From a virus: a stretch of 64,000 nt of DNA. Position 1 is the first letter of the stretch; the number at the start of each line of letters is the position of its first letter. The stretch is taken from IMG/VR virus record IMGVR_UViG_3300031519_004866; one strand, given 5' to 3'. Positions 1 through 9,428 of this stretch are shown piece by piece. The position numbers and the translations under genes are program-made. Below the pieces are notes generated by a model. It did not search any database. It was not told where the DNA came from and saw only the letters and a list, made by a program, of their open reading frames with translations.

Positions 1-188
1 ATCTTTGTGTCCGTTGTGTTCAACCCCTCAGTGGATTCGTGTACCATGCGTCGATCACAACAGACAAGATGTTCAACCGTCATATCTCTATGTACAGCGT
101 TACATCCTACTAATGTGTATTTTGGAAATAGTTGTGGTAAATCTAAGCCTTTTCGACTCTCTCCATTACCTAATACTAACGTTGGCAC
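1..188 (-). CDS. Partial hypothetical protein running off the window edge; LVLGNGESR...GCNA family (possible MptE/glycosyltransferase-like nucleotide-binding fold)
   Basis: Manual translation from GTG at 188: VPTLVLGNGESRKGLDLPQLFPKYTLVGCNAVHRDMTVEHLVCCDRRM..., open to position 1. Not in the ORF track. Confidence 0.6.
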   Translation of the reverse strand, partial: MPTLVLGNGESRKGLDLPQLFPKYTLVGCNAVHRDMTVEHLVCCDRRMVHESTEGLNTTDTK

Positions 189-191
189 AAG

Positions 192-1001
192 CTATCGAAT
201 TTCTCCAAATGGTGCCCATATACCTGGGTTACCTGCTTGGATACATACCCAACCAATGTATGATTTTTGTCTTGCTTTAGTGTTCCAACAAATATCACCT
301 TGATTGTAATTTCCACCTTGCGGTGCTTCTGTGCCGTTAATGTGTAATGCGTTGTTAAATTTAATTGGACCTCTAACATGTAGGTCAACCTGTGCATCAG
401 GATTTGAAACACCTACTGCTAACTTACCAGCAATTTTTGCATCGTTTGTAATTTTAACATTGCCACCTGCTTCTACAACAATTCTATCTTGATTATCAGT
501 TTTGATGTGTAAAGCATGACTACCGTATGTACCAAGATATGCTTTTGATGCATCTTCTGCACCTAATACAATTTCAATACCATCTTCAGCAATACTAACT
601 TGGCCATTTGGTTGATCAGTACCAATACCTAATCTATCAGATCCAGCATCGTAGTAAACATACTGGTTAATAGACATCGAACCGTCTACAATCAACCCAC
701 GTAATCTACCTAATGTTTTAAGGTTACTTTCAGTAACACTGCTACCTAGTGCGCTTTGTGTTAATACGTCAAGTCCACCTACTTTGAATCCTTTGTTTTT
801 AGCAACGTCTACATTCTCAGTTGAAAAGATATTATCCTCCATCAACACAAGTTGTTTAGTGTAGTCGCTGCCAGCCCAAAATATGCCTTTGCCGTTAACA
901 TCGGTTTTAAACATTACTGACTGATTTGTAGCCCAGCCACCATCGTTTGTGAGTGCTGATTCTAAGTCTAAGAGTGCTTGATTAAGTTTTGTCTGATCCA
1001 T
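192..1001 (-). CDS. Putative virion structural protein (beta-rich, tail/baseplate-associated)
   Basis: 269 aa, Gly/Asp/Asn-rich beta-strand pattern, C-terminal GDICWN...YIGWVC...GIWAPFG motif of tail-fibre type; TAAATA 5 nt upstream of ATG. Confidence 0.55.
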   Translation of the reverse strand: MDQTKLNQALLDLESALTNDGGWATNQSVMFKTDVNGKGIFWAGSDYTKQLVLMEDNIFSTENVDVAKNKGFKVGGLDVLTQSALGSSVTESNLKTLGRLRGLIVDGSMSINQYVYYDAGSDRLGIGTDQPNGQVSIAEDGIEIVLGAEDASKAYLGTYGSHALHIKTDNQDRIVVEAGGNVKITNDAKIAGKLAVGVSNPDAQVDLHVRGPIKFNNALHINGTEAPQGGNYNQGDICWNTKARQKSYIGWVCIQAGNPGIWAPFGEIR

Positions 1002-1039
1002 ACTACTATTTATTCCTTTACGCAGAAAAGCTGTTTTCG

Positions 1040-2341
1040 CTATTGTACTTTCAATAATATTATATCATTATTTATGCGTCCGTTTAGCTTAATATCAACC
1101 GCTTTAATATCATCTAAGAACGTTCGCAGTTTAACTTTACCGGATGTCTTAAACTCTTTAAGTTGTTCTTCAGGTTTACGTAAGGTCTTCTGAATACTTT
1201 CAGTTTCTTTAAACCCAGTAATAGTTGTACCTTTTACACTAAGTCCACTACCTTCTCGACCTGCACCTAGCGGATCGATGATATCAGCAACATACTTGCC
1301 AATTTTACGTGTTTTAGTATTAAACACCCAAAGCTCGTTAGCTTTGATAATATCTTCTGGATTGATACTAGCTAATTGATACTTGTCATCAGTCTTAGCA
1401 TATTTCATCTTAGCAACAAGTTTATCTGCACTGTACACTTTACGCTTACGAGGCTTACGTGTTGCTTTACTAGATTCAATAATAACATCACATGCGCCTA
1501 CTAGTCGATCTAATGCTGCAATAAACTTCTTAGCATCAGCTTTGTTAACATGTGCATATGCTTCTTGCAATTGTGCTGCATGATCGTGATCCATTTCAGT
1601 TGCCTTCTTAGACAACTTAGTCGGTGAAACATATTCTTTCATTTCATCAAGTTCGGGCTGATACATCGATGCTATCATCCTTGCATGAGCTTGAGTAATT
1701 TTCATTACTGCAAAATGTCTTGCAAAGTCAAACTTCTTTGGATCAAACTTCTTTGGATCGTCACAAAAGTCGTCCAACCACAGGTCAAACTTTTCACACG
1801 CTGCAACAGACTGCTCTCGAATACGTTCTTGAATAGTAAGAACACGCACATTGCTTTTTGCTTTTTCTTCAGCTACCTTTTCTTCAATTTTGTCTTTGCC
1901 TTGTTCAATAGCATTATAGATTCTTTTTTCTAAAAATTCAATTGATGATTTTAAATGCCCACTTGTACCAGCTAATGATAACCAATGTTCTGCTTCTACA
2001 GTACAATCCCTAGGTGCGCCAAGCATGTCCATCCTAGCAACAATAGCAGCCGTAACACTTAATGCTGATTTAGGAGCATTTTTTGCCCACTTAATCTGTT
2101 CTTCAGTATACGTACCTTGAGTTTTCATCCATTCGTAAACATACCCATACAAATCGTCAGGTTTGAAGTTTTCGTAGTACCAAGTTGAAGTGTGTCTACG
2201 AAACTTATGAACTTCTTCACCAGTCCATTCTTCGTATCCTTCCCAACTAGGTTCCTTTAGCTTTGCTCCACGCATAATGCGAGGTGCCGAACGAACGGTT
2301 TTCTTTTTAGGTTTAGCTGCTGCTTTGTTAGCCCTGGCCAT
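1040..2341 (-). CDS. Conserved large-phage hypothetical protein
   Basis: 433 aa ORF with SD (GGAG) and consensus sigma70 promoter; basic N-terminus; C-terminal LNGRINNDIILLKV. Confidence 0.6.
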   Translation of the reverse strand: MARANKAAAKPKKKTVRSAPRIMRGAKLKEPSWEGYEEWTGEEVHKFRRHTSTWYYENFKPDDLYGYVYEWMKTQGTYTEEQIKWAKNAPKSALSVTAAIVARMDMLGAPRDCTVEAEHWLSLAGTSGHLKSSIEFLEKRIYNAIEQGKDKIEEKVAEEKAKSNVRVLTIQERIREQSVAACEKFDLWLDDFCDDPKKFDPKKFDFARHFAVMKITQAHARMIASMYQPELDEMKEYVSPTKLSKKATEMDHDHAAQLQEAYAHVNKADAKKFIAALDRLVGACDVIIESSKATRKPRKRKVYSADKLVAKMKYAKTDDKYQLASINPEDIIKANELWVFNTKTRKIGKYVADIIDPLGAGREGSGLSVKGTTITGFKETESIQKTLRKPEEQLKEFKTSGKVKLRTFLDDIKAVDIKLNGRINNDIILLKVQ

Positions 2342-2373
2342 TTTCTGCTCCTGTATATCCTGTAGAAAAATTA

Positions 2374-2402
2374 ACTATACGCTGATATATATCATTTGTC
2401 AA
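2374..2402 (-). promoter_or_regulatory. sigma70-type early promoter
   Basis: TTGACA (2402-2397), 17 nt spacer, TATAGT (2379-2374). Confidence 0.75.
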
Positions 2403-2416
2403 GAGATTTTTTCTCT

Positions 2417-3103
2417 TTACGATTTAATTGTGTCCATCAACGGAAAGATTTCTGCGATTACTTTAGCACAAGCATGGGCAATTTCCATGTGTTCTTTTTG
2501 AGTGCCATTGGCTCCACGTAGGTCAATATAATGTACCCAACTACGAATACTACCTTGCATATACAAACGTGACTTAGTTAAGCCTTCTGGCAAAACTTTA
2601 CGAGCTTGTTCTTTAGCAATACCATTTTCAATTGCCCAGTCATATGCATCTTTTGCGGCATCAATTACTCTTTGTTGTTTATTTTTCCAAGTGCCTTGGA
2701 GAATAGCATGTCCATCACTTTCAGGATCTAAGTCAACAGAGTTCTGCCTGTTCTTAGGATCTTGCAAACGTGCTTCACTTATTACAAACTGATCACCCAT
2801 ACTTGCTGGATCAGCATACCGTTGACTAAATTCTTGAAACGCAAAACTACGATGTCGAACAACCTGGTGTGCAATATCTCGAGTGGTATCAATTTCCAAT
2901 GTGGCGTTAACCATTTCGAGTGGTGACCAATGTTGGTGTTTAATCAAATACTTAATTAAGCGTTCGCTAGTTTCCATATTGATTTGTGCTGTAGGATTTG
3001 AAACCTTTGCACAAAATGCAATAAGTTCCTGTAGATCTGTTAAACCTTCTGCTTCAAAATCATCCGTTGCTTTTGAATAGCATACTAGACGTACTGCTGT
3101 CAT
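2417..3103 (-). CDS. thyX: FAD-dependent thymidylate synthase
   Basis: HWSPLE and RHRSFAFQEFSQRY ThyX signature; EQARKVLP; R...TQKEH. Confidence 0.95.
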   Translation of the reverse strand: MTAVRLVCYSKATDDFEAEGLTDLQELIAFCAKVSNPTAQINMETSERLIKYLIKHQHWSPLEMVNATLEIDTTRDIAHQVVRHRSFAFQEFSQRYADPASMGDQFVISEARLQDPKNRQNSVDLDPESDGHAILQGTWKNKQQRVIDAAKDAYDWAIENGIAKEQARKVLPEGLTKSRLYMQGSIRSWVHYIDLRGANGTQKEHMEIAHACAKVIAEIFPLMDTIKS

Positions 3104-3130
3104 TTACTTTTCCTTTATGTGTAGATAAAA

Positions 3131-3152
3131 TGTAGGGCGCAAAGGCCCTACA
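3131..3152 (-). terminator. Intrinsic terminator after the histone-like gene
   Basis: TGTAGGGC-6 nt loop-GCCCTACA inverted repeat followed by a T run on the minus strand. Confidence 0.6.
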
Positions 3153-3165
3153 CGTTTATGGGTGG

Positions 3166-3360
3166 TTACTGTCCTAATGCTGTATCTTTCCGTGCATTTT
3201 TTGTGTCAGTAATTTCTTTTCTAATTTCTTTAGCTGCCTTAGTGATTTCTTGTAGTGCCTTGCGAGCTCTTGTACCAGCTGCGCCGTTGCCTGCTTCAAA
3301 TTTTACGTTCTCTTCCAAAAACGCCTCAAAGTTTGTTTTGAGGTTTTCTAAATTACTCAT
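3166..3360 (-). CDS. Histone H1-like (Hc1-type) small basic nucleoid protein
   Basis: Start reassigned to ATG 3360 (MSNLENLK...); GNGAAGTRARKALQEITKAAKEIRKEI matches the Hc1/bacterial H1 family core. Confidence 0.75.
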   Translation of the reverse strand: MSNLENLKTNFEAFLEENVKFEAGNGAAGTRARKALQEITKAAKEIRKEITDTKNARKDTALGQ

Positions 3361-3405
3361 ACTATTTTTCCTTTTAAAATGCGGCATTCGTTTGCTGCAT
3401 GTTCT

Positions 3406-3434
3406 ATTATATAAGCCTAGACTGTGTTTGTCAA
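3406..3434 (-). promoter_or_regulatory. sigma70-type early promoter for the Hc1-like gene
   Basis: TTGACA (3434-3429), 17 nt, TATAAT (3411-3406): perfect consensus. Confidence 0.8.
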
Positions 3435-3461
3435 GCATTAAAGTGGTTAAATACGTATATA

Positions 3462-4442
3462 ATGAATGATTTTACTTTAATACCGTTTCACAATATTGTT
3501 AAGTTTGGGCAAAAGACCATGCTTGACCAGCCATTGTTTAATGTTAGCTGGATATTAGGCCGCTTTTGTAATTACAGTTGTAGCTACTGTTGGCCGTATG
3601 CAAACACAAATGTACCGGATCATCAGGAGTTTGAAATATATACTAATGCGCTTGATGAGATAAAACGTCAGGCTAGAGATAATGGCTTTACAGAATTCCA
3701 CTTTAGCTTTAGTGGTGGTGAGCCTACTGCGTATAAGAAGTTTGGTGATTTAATAGAACACTATGCCAACGATGATGATGCTAAGTATCTAAGTTTGCAT
3801 CTAACAACGAATTTAAGTCCAGGTAGTAAATGGTGGAACAGATTTATTGATGCTACACAGCATTTACACCGTCGAAGTATTACTGCAAGTTATCATGCAG
3901 AGTTTGCTAATGAACAAGAGTTTGGAGATAAATGTCTTCAGCTTATGAAAGGAGGAGTTTATGTTACGATCAATCAAGTTATGGTTCCTGAAATGTTTGA
4001 GGAACTTTACGAACGCCTGGAACGATTTGCCACCAGAGGTATCAATGTCACTCTCAAACCCCAATCTGACCCCACCGCATCTTTCGTTGTACATGGATAC
4101 ACTGAAGAACAAATCACAAGAATGCAAAGAGGATTCCCACAGCACTGGAAAGAAAAAGAAGTAATGCAAATGTACATGGAAGATGCCAAAGGCAACGACT
4201 ATGGGTTGGACCAAGCTGAACGCATGAACGCTTTTGGATTTAATAAATTTAAAGATTGGACATGTAACGCAGGATATCAAAGCTGCATTATAAGCGGTGA
4301 TACTGTCAAGAGAGCATATAGTTGTAGCGATAAACCATTAGGTACGCTACAGGGCGGTTTTACGCTGTTTAAGACACCAACTAAATGTATTACCGATACA
4401 TGTGTAAGTAGTGCAGACAGTAAGATACCAAAGGTAAAGTAA
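3462..4442 (+). CDS. Radical SAM enzyme with C-terminal Cys-rich (twitch/SPASM-like) extension
   Basis: CNYSCSYC (CxxxCxxC), SGGEP, C-terminal CNAG...C..CITDTCVSSAD; start set at ATG 3462, 8 nt after TAAATA. Confidence 0.9.
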   Translation: MNDFTLIPFHNIVKFGQKTMLDQPLFNVSWILGRFCNYSCSYCWPYANTNVPDHQEFEIYTNALDEIKRQARDNGFTEFHFSFSGGEPTAYKKFGDLIEHYANDDDAKYLSLHLTTNLSPGSKWWNRFIDATQHLHRRSITASYHAEFANEQEFGDKCLQLMKGGVYVTINQVMVPEMFEELYERLERFATRGINVTLKPQSDPTASFVVHGYTEEQITRMQRGFPQHWKEKEVMQMYMEDAKGNDYGLDQAERMNAFGFNKFKDWTCNAGYQSCIISGDTVKRAYSCSDKPLGTLQGGFTLFKTPTKCITDTCVSSADSKIPKVK

Positions 4443-5044
4443 TGAAGATTGATATTCAAGATATAAAGTTTTGGATGGACGCTATTCGCAACAGCGAAGA
4501 TAGAGACCGTACACTTGAAAGTTTTTGGGGAGGCCAGTTAAAATCAAAAACTTGGTTAATTGAAACTTTAGAAAAGTCTAATCATGTTGCCAATGCTGAA
4601 GTAGTTATATTTGGTGGATGGAATGGAGTGTTAGCTAACATGCTGTTTAATAGTAGCATAGGGTTTAAACATATTACAAGTGTAGACATTGATCCTGTAT
4701 GCGAAACCGTTGCATTGACAATTAACAAACGTCAAGAAATGGAAGGACGTTTTATAGCAGTAACATCAGATATGTGTGATTACGAATATACAAATAAACC
4801 TTATTTTGTTATTAATACAAGTTGCGAACATATTAGTCAACAACAATATAATAAATGGTTAAGTAATGTTCCAGAAGGCTCGAAGATAATATTACAATCA
4901 AATAACTATTTTGACCTTGAAGAACATGTTAACTGTAGTGCATCATTAGAAGAATTTGCAAGAAAGTCTAAGTTAAAAGTATTACACTCAGCTGAATTAG
5001 AATTACCTAAGTACAAAAGATTTATGATTATAGGAAACCTTTAA
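4442..5044 (+). CDS. Class I SAM-dependent methyltransferase-like protein
   Basis: VVIFGGWNG motif I, ITSVDID, INTSCEH; stop/start overlap with both neighbours. Confidence 0.75.
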   Translation: MKIDIQDIKFWMDAIRNSEDRDRTLESFWGGQLKSKTWLIETLEKSNHVANAEVVIFGGWNGVLANMLFNSSIGFKHITSVDIDPVCETVALTINKRQEMEGRFIAVTSDMCDYEYTNKPYFVINTSCEHISQQQYNKWLSNVPEGSKIILQSNNYFDLEEHVNCSASLEEFARKSKLKVLHSAELELPKYKRFMIIGNL

Positions 5045-6126
5045 TGTTTGACTTTAATGATCTAAAAACTATTCACATTGAGCTAACAACAAACTGTCAA
5101 GCAAAATGTCCAATGTGTTCAAGAAACATACACAGCGGAGTAGAAAATCCGCTATTACGAATAGTACAATGGACATTGGACGATTTTAAAACTATTATTA
5201 ACAAAGAAGTACTAGACACAATTAACCGTGCGTACTTCTGTGGTAACTTTGGCGATCCATTACTAAATGACAGTCTTATTGATATGTGCAGATATGTAAA
5301 GGACACCAGTCCTAAGACAGCAATAGGTATACATACAAACGGTAGTTTAAGGAATGCAAAATGGTGGTCAGATCTAGCAAAAGCATTACCAGAAGACCAT
5401 TGCGTTTACTTTGCTCTTGACGGACTAGAAGACACTCATAAATTATATAGAGTTGGCACAGATTGGAATCGTATTATTGAAAATGCAAAAACATTTATTG
5501 CAGCCGGAGGCCGTGCTAACTGGACATATATCAAATTCAAACACAACGAGCACCAAGTTGATAAATGTAGACAAATTGCAAAAGATTTAGGCTTCCAAGA
5601 TTTCACAGTTAAAAACACATCAAGATTTTTAGTTGAGCCTAAGTATGATGTATGGGATAAAAATAAAATTCCACTGTATAGTTTAGAAGCACCATCTGAT
5701 ACCGAAACACACTTTTTACCTAAAGAAGTTATTGACAATTATAAATCAGTTTTAGACGAAGCAGAAATAGATTGTCATGTACAACAAATAAAAGAAATAT
5801 ACATTGATGGTTCTAAAACAGTATTACCATGTTGTTGGTTAGCACAAACTCCAATGACTCATTATGATCCTGCACATGTTTGCGAAGATGTTATAGATAT
5901 GTTAAGAGGACAATATAGTAAAATGATAAGTGACTTTGGCGGTATAAGCAATCTTGATGCAACTAAAGGAATAAAAAATATTATTGACTCTGACGTTTGG
6001 CAAAACATATGGAAAAAGAAATGGAATGAAGATAAAATGCTAATGTGTGCAAGAACATGTGGTAAGTTTAAAACATTTAATATCTCACAACCACAAGATC
6101 AATTTATTGAAAGAGAAATGTTATGA
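5044..6126 (+). CDS. Radical SAM enzyme with SPASM-like C-terminus
   Basis: CQAKCPMC, GNFGDP, HTNGS, PCCW...CARTCG. Confidence 0.9.
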   Translation: MFDFNDLKTIHIELTTNCQAKCPMCSRNIHSGVENPLLRIVQWTLDDFKTIINKEVLDTINRAYFCGNFGDPLLNDSLIDMCRYVKDTSPKTAIGIHTNGSLRNAKWWSDLAKALPEDHCVYFALDGLEDTHKLYRVGTDWNRIIENAKTFIAAGGRANWTYIKFKHNEHQVDKCRQIAKDLGFQDFTVKNTSRFLVEPKYDVWDKNKIPLYSLEAPSDTETHFLPKEVIDNYKSVLDEAEIDCHVQQIKEIYIDGSKTVLPCCWLAQTPMTHYDPAHVCEDVIDMLRGQYSKMISDFGGISNLDATKGIKNIIDSDVWQNIWKKKWNEDKMLMCARTCGKFKTFNISQPQDQFIEREML

Positions 6127-7529
6127 CAGATTGGCACTACGATAAAGAAGATACTAGATTAGGCAAGTTTCAAAGAGAGCTTGAATCTGTTTCTAGTAGT
6201 ACGTTTTGTGTACTTCCGTGGATACACATGGCAACTAGGCCTAACGGTGATATGCGCTTATGTTGTACTGCTAATGCTAGTGGAGCTGGAGACGATCACG
6301 AAGTTGGTCTTGTAAAAATGGAAGATGGCAAACCTGCAAACTTTGGCAAACATACTCCAATGGAAGCATGGAATAACGATTACATGAAAAGTGTACGTAC
6401 AACTATGCTTAAAGGAGAGATCCCTGCAAGTTGTAAAGGATGTTTCAAAGAAGAGTCACAAGGCATTGTTAGCAAACGTATATGGGAAAGTGCAACATGG
6501 AAAAATGATGAAGGTATTGATATACCAGAACTTATTGCACAAACACAAGAAGACGGAACCGTGCCTGAACAATTAAAATATCTGGATCTAAGATTAGGAC
6601 ATACATGCAATATTAAGTGTGTAATGTGTAGCCCGCATGATTCAAGTAAGTGGGTTGCGGACCATAAAAAACTTATTCCTGTACTACAAGACCCAGAAGT
6701 TAAAAGACAAATGCAATGGGATAAGAAACTTTTTAACAACAAATGGCACGAAAAAGATGCTTTTTGGCAAGAACTCAATGCGCAAATACCTTACCTTAAA
6801 CAAGTATATTTTGCTGGAGGAGAGCCGTTAATGATCAAAGAGCATAAACGCTTTCTTAAAGAAATTATTACACAGGGCTATGCTGACAAAATTTTAGTAA
6901 GGTACAACTCCAATGGTTTGCTAGTTGACAACGAGTTAATTGATATATGGAGTAAGTTTAAGAAAGTTAAATTTGCAGTAAGTATCGACTCGTATAAAGA
7001 GCGTGACGAATACATTAGATTTCCAACTAACTTTAAACAAGTTGAAAGCACATTACATTTACTAGATAACACTCCCGACAACATTCATGTTAGCATTGCA
7101 ACAGCAGTACAAATATTCAATATAAAAACTATACCCGAATTTATTAAATGGAAAGTTAATAGTAATTTTAAAAAGATGAATGTTGGTTTGATTGATGGAC
7201 ATATTATGGGAGGCGGCCTTTTAAATGCACACTTAGTACACATACCAACATTTTTAAATATTACAATACTGCCTGAAAAAGACAAGCAAGAAGTACGTGA
7301 AAAGTTCGCTGAACTAAAACAATGGTTATGGAATAACTTTACACAAGACGATGAGTTTTGGAAACACAATCCTAAAGGTTGGCGCCAATGGGAAGGGTTA
7401 CTAAAGCACATGGATAGTTGTGATAACAGTCATATGTTACCTGGCTTTAAAGAGTATGTAAATAAATTAGATGCAATCCGTGGCTTGAATGCCGCATCAG
7501 TATTTCCGGAGTTATCACATTTACTATGA
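6123..7529 (+). CDS. Radical SAM enzyme with N-terminal SPASM/twitch-like domain
   Basis: N-terminal FCVLPW...RLCC...CKGC, then CNIKCVMC and AGGEP. Confidence 0.9.
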   Translation: MTDWHYDKEDTRLGKFQRELESVSSSTFCVLPWIHMATRPNGDMRLCCTANASGAGDDHEVGLVKMEDGKPANFGKHTPMEAWNNDYMKSVRTTMLKGEIPASCKGCFKEESQGIVSKRIWESATWKNDEGIDIPELIAQTQEDGTVPEQLKYLDLRLGHTCNIKCVMCSPHDSSKWVADHKKLIPVLQDPEVKRQMQWDKKLFNNKWHEKDAFWQELNAQIPYLKQVYFAGGEPLMIKEHKRFLKEIITQGYADKILVRYNSNGLLVDNELIDIWSKFKKVKFAVSIDSYKERDEYIRFPTNFKQVESTLHLLDNTPDNIHVSIATAVQIFNIKTIPEFIKWKVNSNFKKMNVGLIDGHIMGGGLLNAHLVHIPTFLNITILPEKDKQEVREKFAELKQWLWNNFTQDDEFWKHNPKGWRQWEGLLKHMDSCDNSHMLPGFKEYVNKLDAIRGLNAASVFPELSHLL

Positions 7530-8536
7530 CAGATATTATTAAGATTGTTAATACTAGAGAAGAAGATTATATAGCAATTACATACTTCCCTACAGATATT
7601 TGTAATTTTGATTGCACGTATTGTTTTCCAGGAAGTCACCCATCTAAATATAGATACAGAAAAGACACAGACTTTGTCATTGACAACTTTAAAAAATTAT
7701 TTGCTTTTTATAAATTAAAATTTAATAAATCTAAAATATATTTTGAAATTGCCGGTGGCGGCGAACCAACACTATGGCCGGATTTATTAAAATTTTGCAA
7801 AGAAATTAAAAAAGTTCCAGACTTATCTATAGCACTAGTATGCAACGGATCAAGAACACTTCGTTGGTGGGACACTATTATTCCCTATATTGACGAAGTT
7901 ATGTTAAGTTACCATAACGAATTTACAAAAACAGATCATTACATCAATGTAGCAGATTTGATTTGGGAGAATGGTAAGAAAGTAAATGCTATGGTATTAA
8001 TGGATTATCCTAATTGGGATAAGTGTATCGATGCAATTGAACAAATGAAACAAAGTAAATACAACTGGTTTATAAATGCAAAAGAAGTAGTAACTGCTCC
8101 AGGGCACGATGTAGAATCATATACTTTAGAACAAAAAGAATATTTAAAACAACCTATTAAGCGGTTGCCTGATTCAAGTTATATACTAAACAATCTACAA
8201 GATTATAGAATGGTCGAAAGTGTTGCAATACTTAATAACGACAAAGTAGTTACAGCAGGTCCTAATTATTACTTAATAAACTCTATTAATAATTTTAAAG
8301 GATGGGCATGTAACGTAATATCTGAAAAAATAACTATTTTTCCTTCTGGCAAAATAACAGGATCGTGTAATATAGACTTTGATTATGATTTAAATTTATA
8401 CTCGACCACGTTAGAAAAAGACTTAAAACAAGTTACATTACCTTATGTAACATGTACTATGAATTGTTGTGCTTGTCTAAGTGATAATCACATTACAAAA
8501 TCAAAGCCAGCTATTATTCCTGCAGTACCTTTGTAA
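7526..8536 (+). CDS. Radical SAM enzyme
   Basis: CNFDCTYC, GGGEP, C-terminal WACN...SC...CTMNCCAC. Confidence 0.9.
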   Translation: MTDIIKIVNTREEDYIAITYFPTDICNFDCTYCFPGSHPSKYRYRKDTDFVIDNFKKLFAFYKLKFNKSKIYFEIAGGGEPTLWPDLLKFCKEIKKVPDLSIALVCNGSRTLRWWDTIIPYIDEVMLSYHNEFTKTDHYINVADLIWENGKKVNAMVLMDYPNWDKCIDAIEQMKQSKYNWFINAKEVVTAPGHDVESYTLEQKEYLKQPIKRLPDSSYILNNLQDYRMVESVAILNNDKVVTAGPNYYLINSINNFKGWACNVISEKITIFPSGKITGSCNIDFDYDLNLYSTTLEKDLKQVTLPYVTCTMNCCACLSDNHITKSKPAIIPAVPL

Positions 8537-9428
8537 GAGGTATATCAGCAGCACACGTACACCATTTACGAGTACAAGTTATCCATTCTTCAGGCTGCTC
8601 AAAACTGCCATCATAGATGTTACCTATACTTCCACCTACTCTACAAGTAGCACGATGTACATCGCCATCCCAATTAATCATTAGGCTTTCAATTCCTGCA
8701 CTGCATTTCCAACCTTTAAATTGATTTAGGTGTTGTTTAATAACATCGTTGGCATGCATCTTAGTTGTGTCGTCAATAATTACATTAGGATTTACGGTAG
8801 ACGTTCTGTCTAATATCCATTCTAAATCTTTACCTTCATATTTCAAATCATCAAACACATCATGGTCACCTTCTGTCCATCGTATTCGTCTTACAACATA
8901 AGGAATACAGTGTCCATCAAACATTGTAGCACACTCTTTTACTCTATCCATAAATTGATGATGTGCCATTAAGTTAACTTGAAATGGCTTTTGTGTATAC
9001 GCACCTTCATTTAATTGAGAAAACAATAATACTGTTTCTGCGCATCGTCTCCAATTTTCAGTATCTTCTACGTGCAAACTAAACACAATGTGACTTACAT
9101 TAAGATCGTTGTAGTACTCGGCTGTGCGGGTTCCGTTGGTAGTTACGTTAACCCACTCAAGCTGTTGACCTTGCATTGCATGATCAACTAGTTCTACAAA
9201 CTGTGGATGAACACACGGCTCACCGCCTGTGAAACTTACACGTATTGGCTTGCCAATTTCCCCTAGTGCATCAACTGCATCTAACAATACTTTAATATTT
9301 GTGTGTGGGCTAGTGTTGTCATGAATTGCTGCTGGGCAATAACTACAATCTAAGTTACAGCGTTTACCTAAATTCCATTCAACATGAACGCTATCTTGTC
9401 GATCATAACTAGAAGCTATTTTAAACAT
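8514..9428 (-). CDS. Radical SAM enzyme
   Basis: CNLDCSYC, TGGEP, TTNG, C-terminal CSAG...TC...CTRKWCTC; start may be 9428 or 9437. Confidence 0.9.
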   Translation of the reverse strand: MFKIASSYDRQDSVHVEWNLGKRCNLDCSYCPAAIHDNTSPHTNIKVLLDAVDALGEIGKPIRVSFTGGEPCVHPQFVELVDHAMQGQQLEWVNVTTNGTRTAEYYNDLNVSHIVFSLHVEDTENWRRCAETVLLFSQLNEGAYTQKPFQVNLMAHHQFMDRVKECATMFDGHCIPYVVRRIRWTEGDHDVFDDLKYEGKDLEWILDRTSTVNPNVIIDDTTKMHANDVIKQHLNQFKGWKCSAGIESLMINWDGDVHRATCRVGGSIGNIYDGSFEQPEEWITCTRKWCTCAADIPLTKVLQE

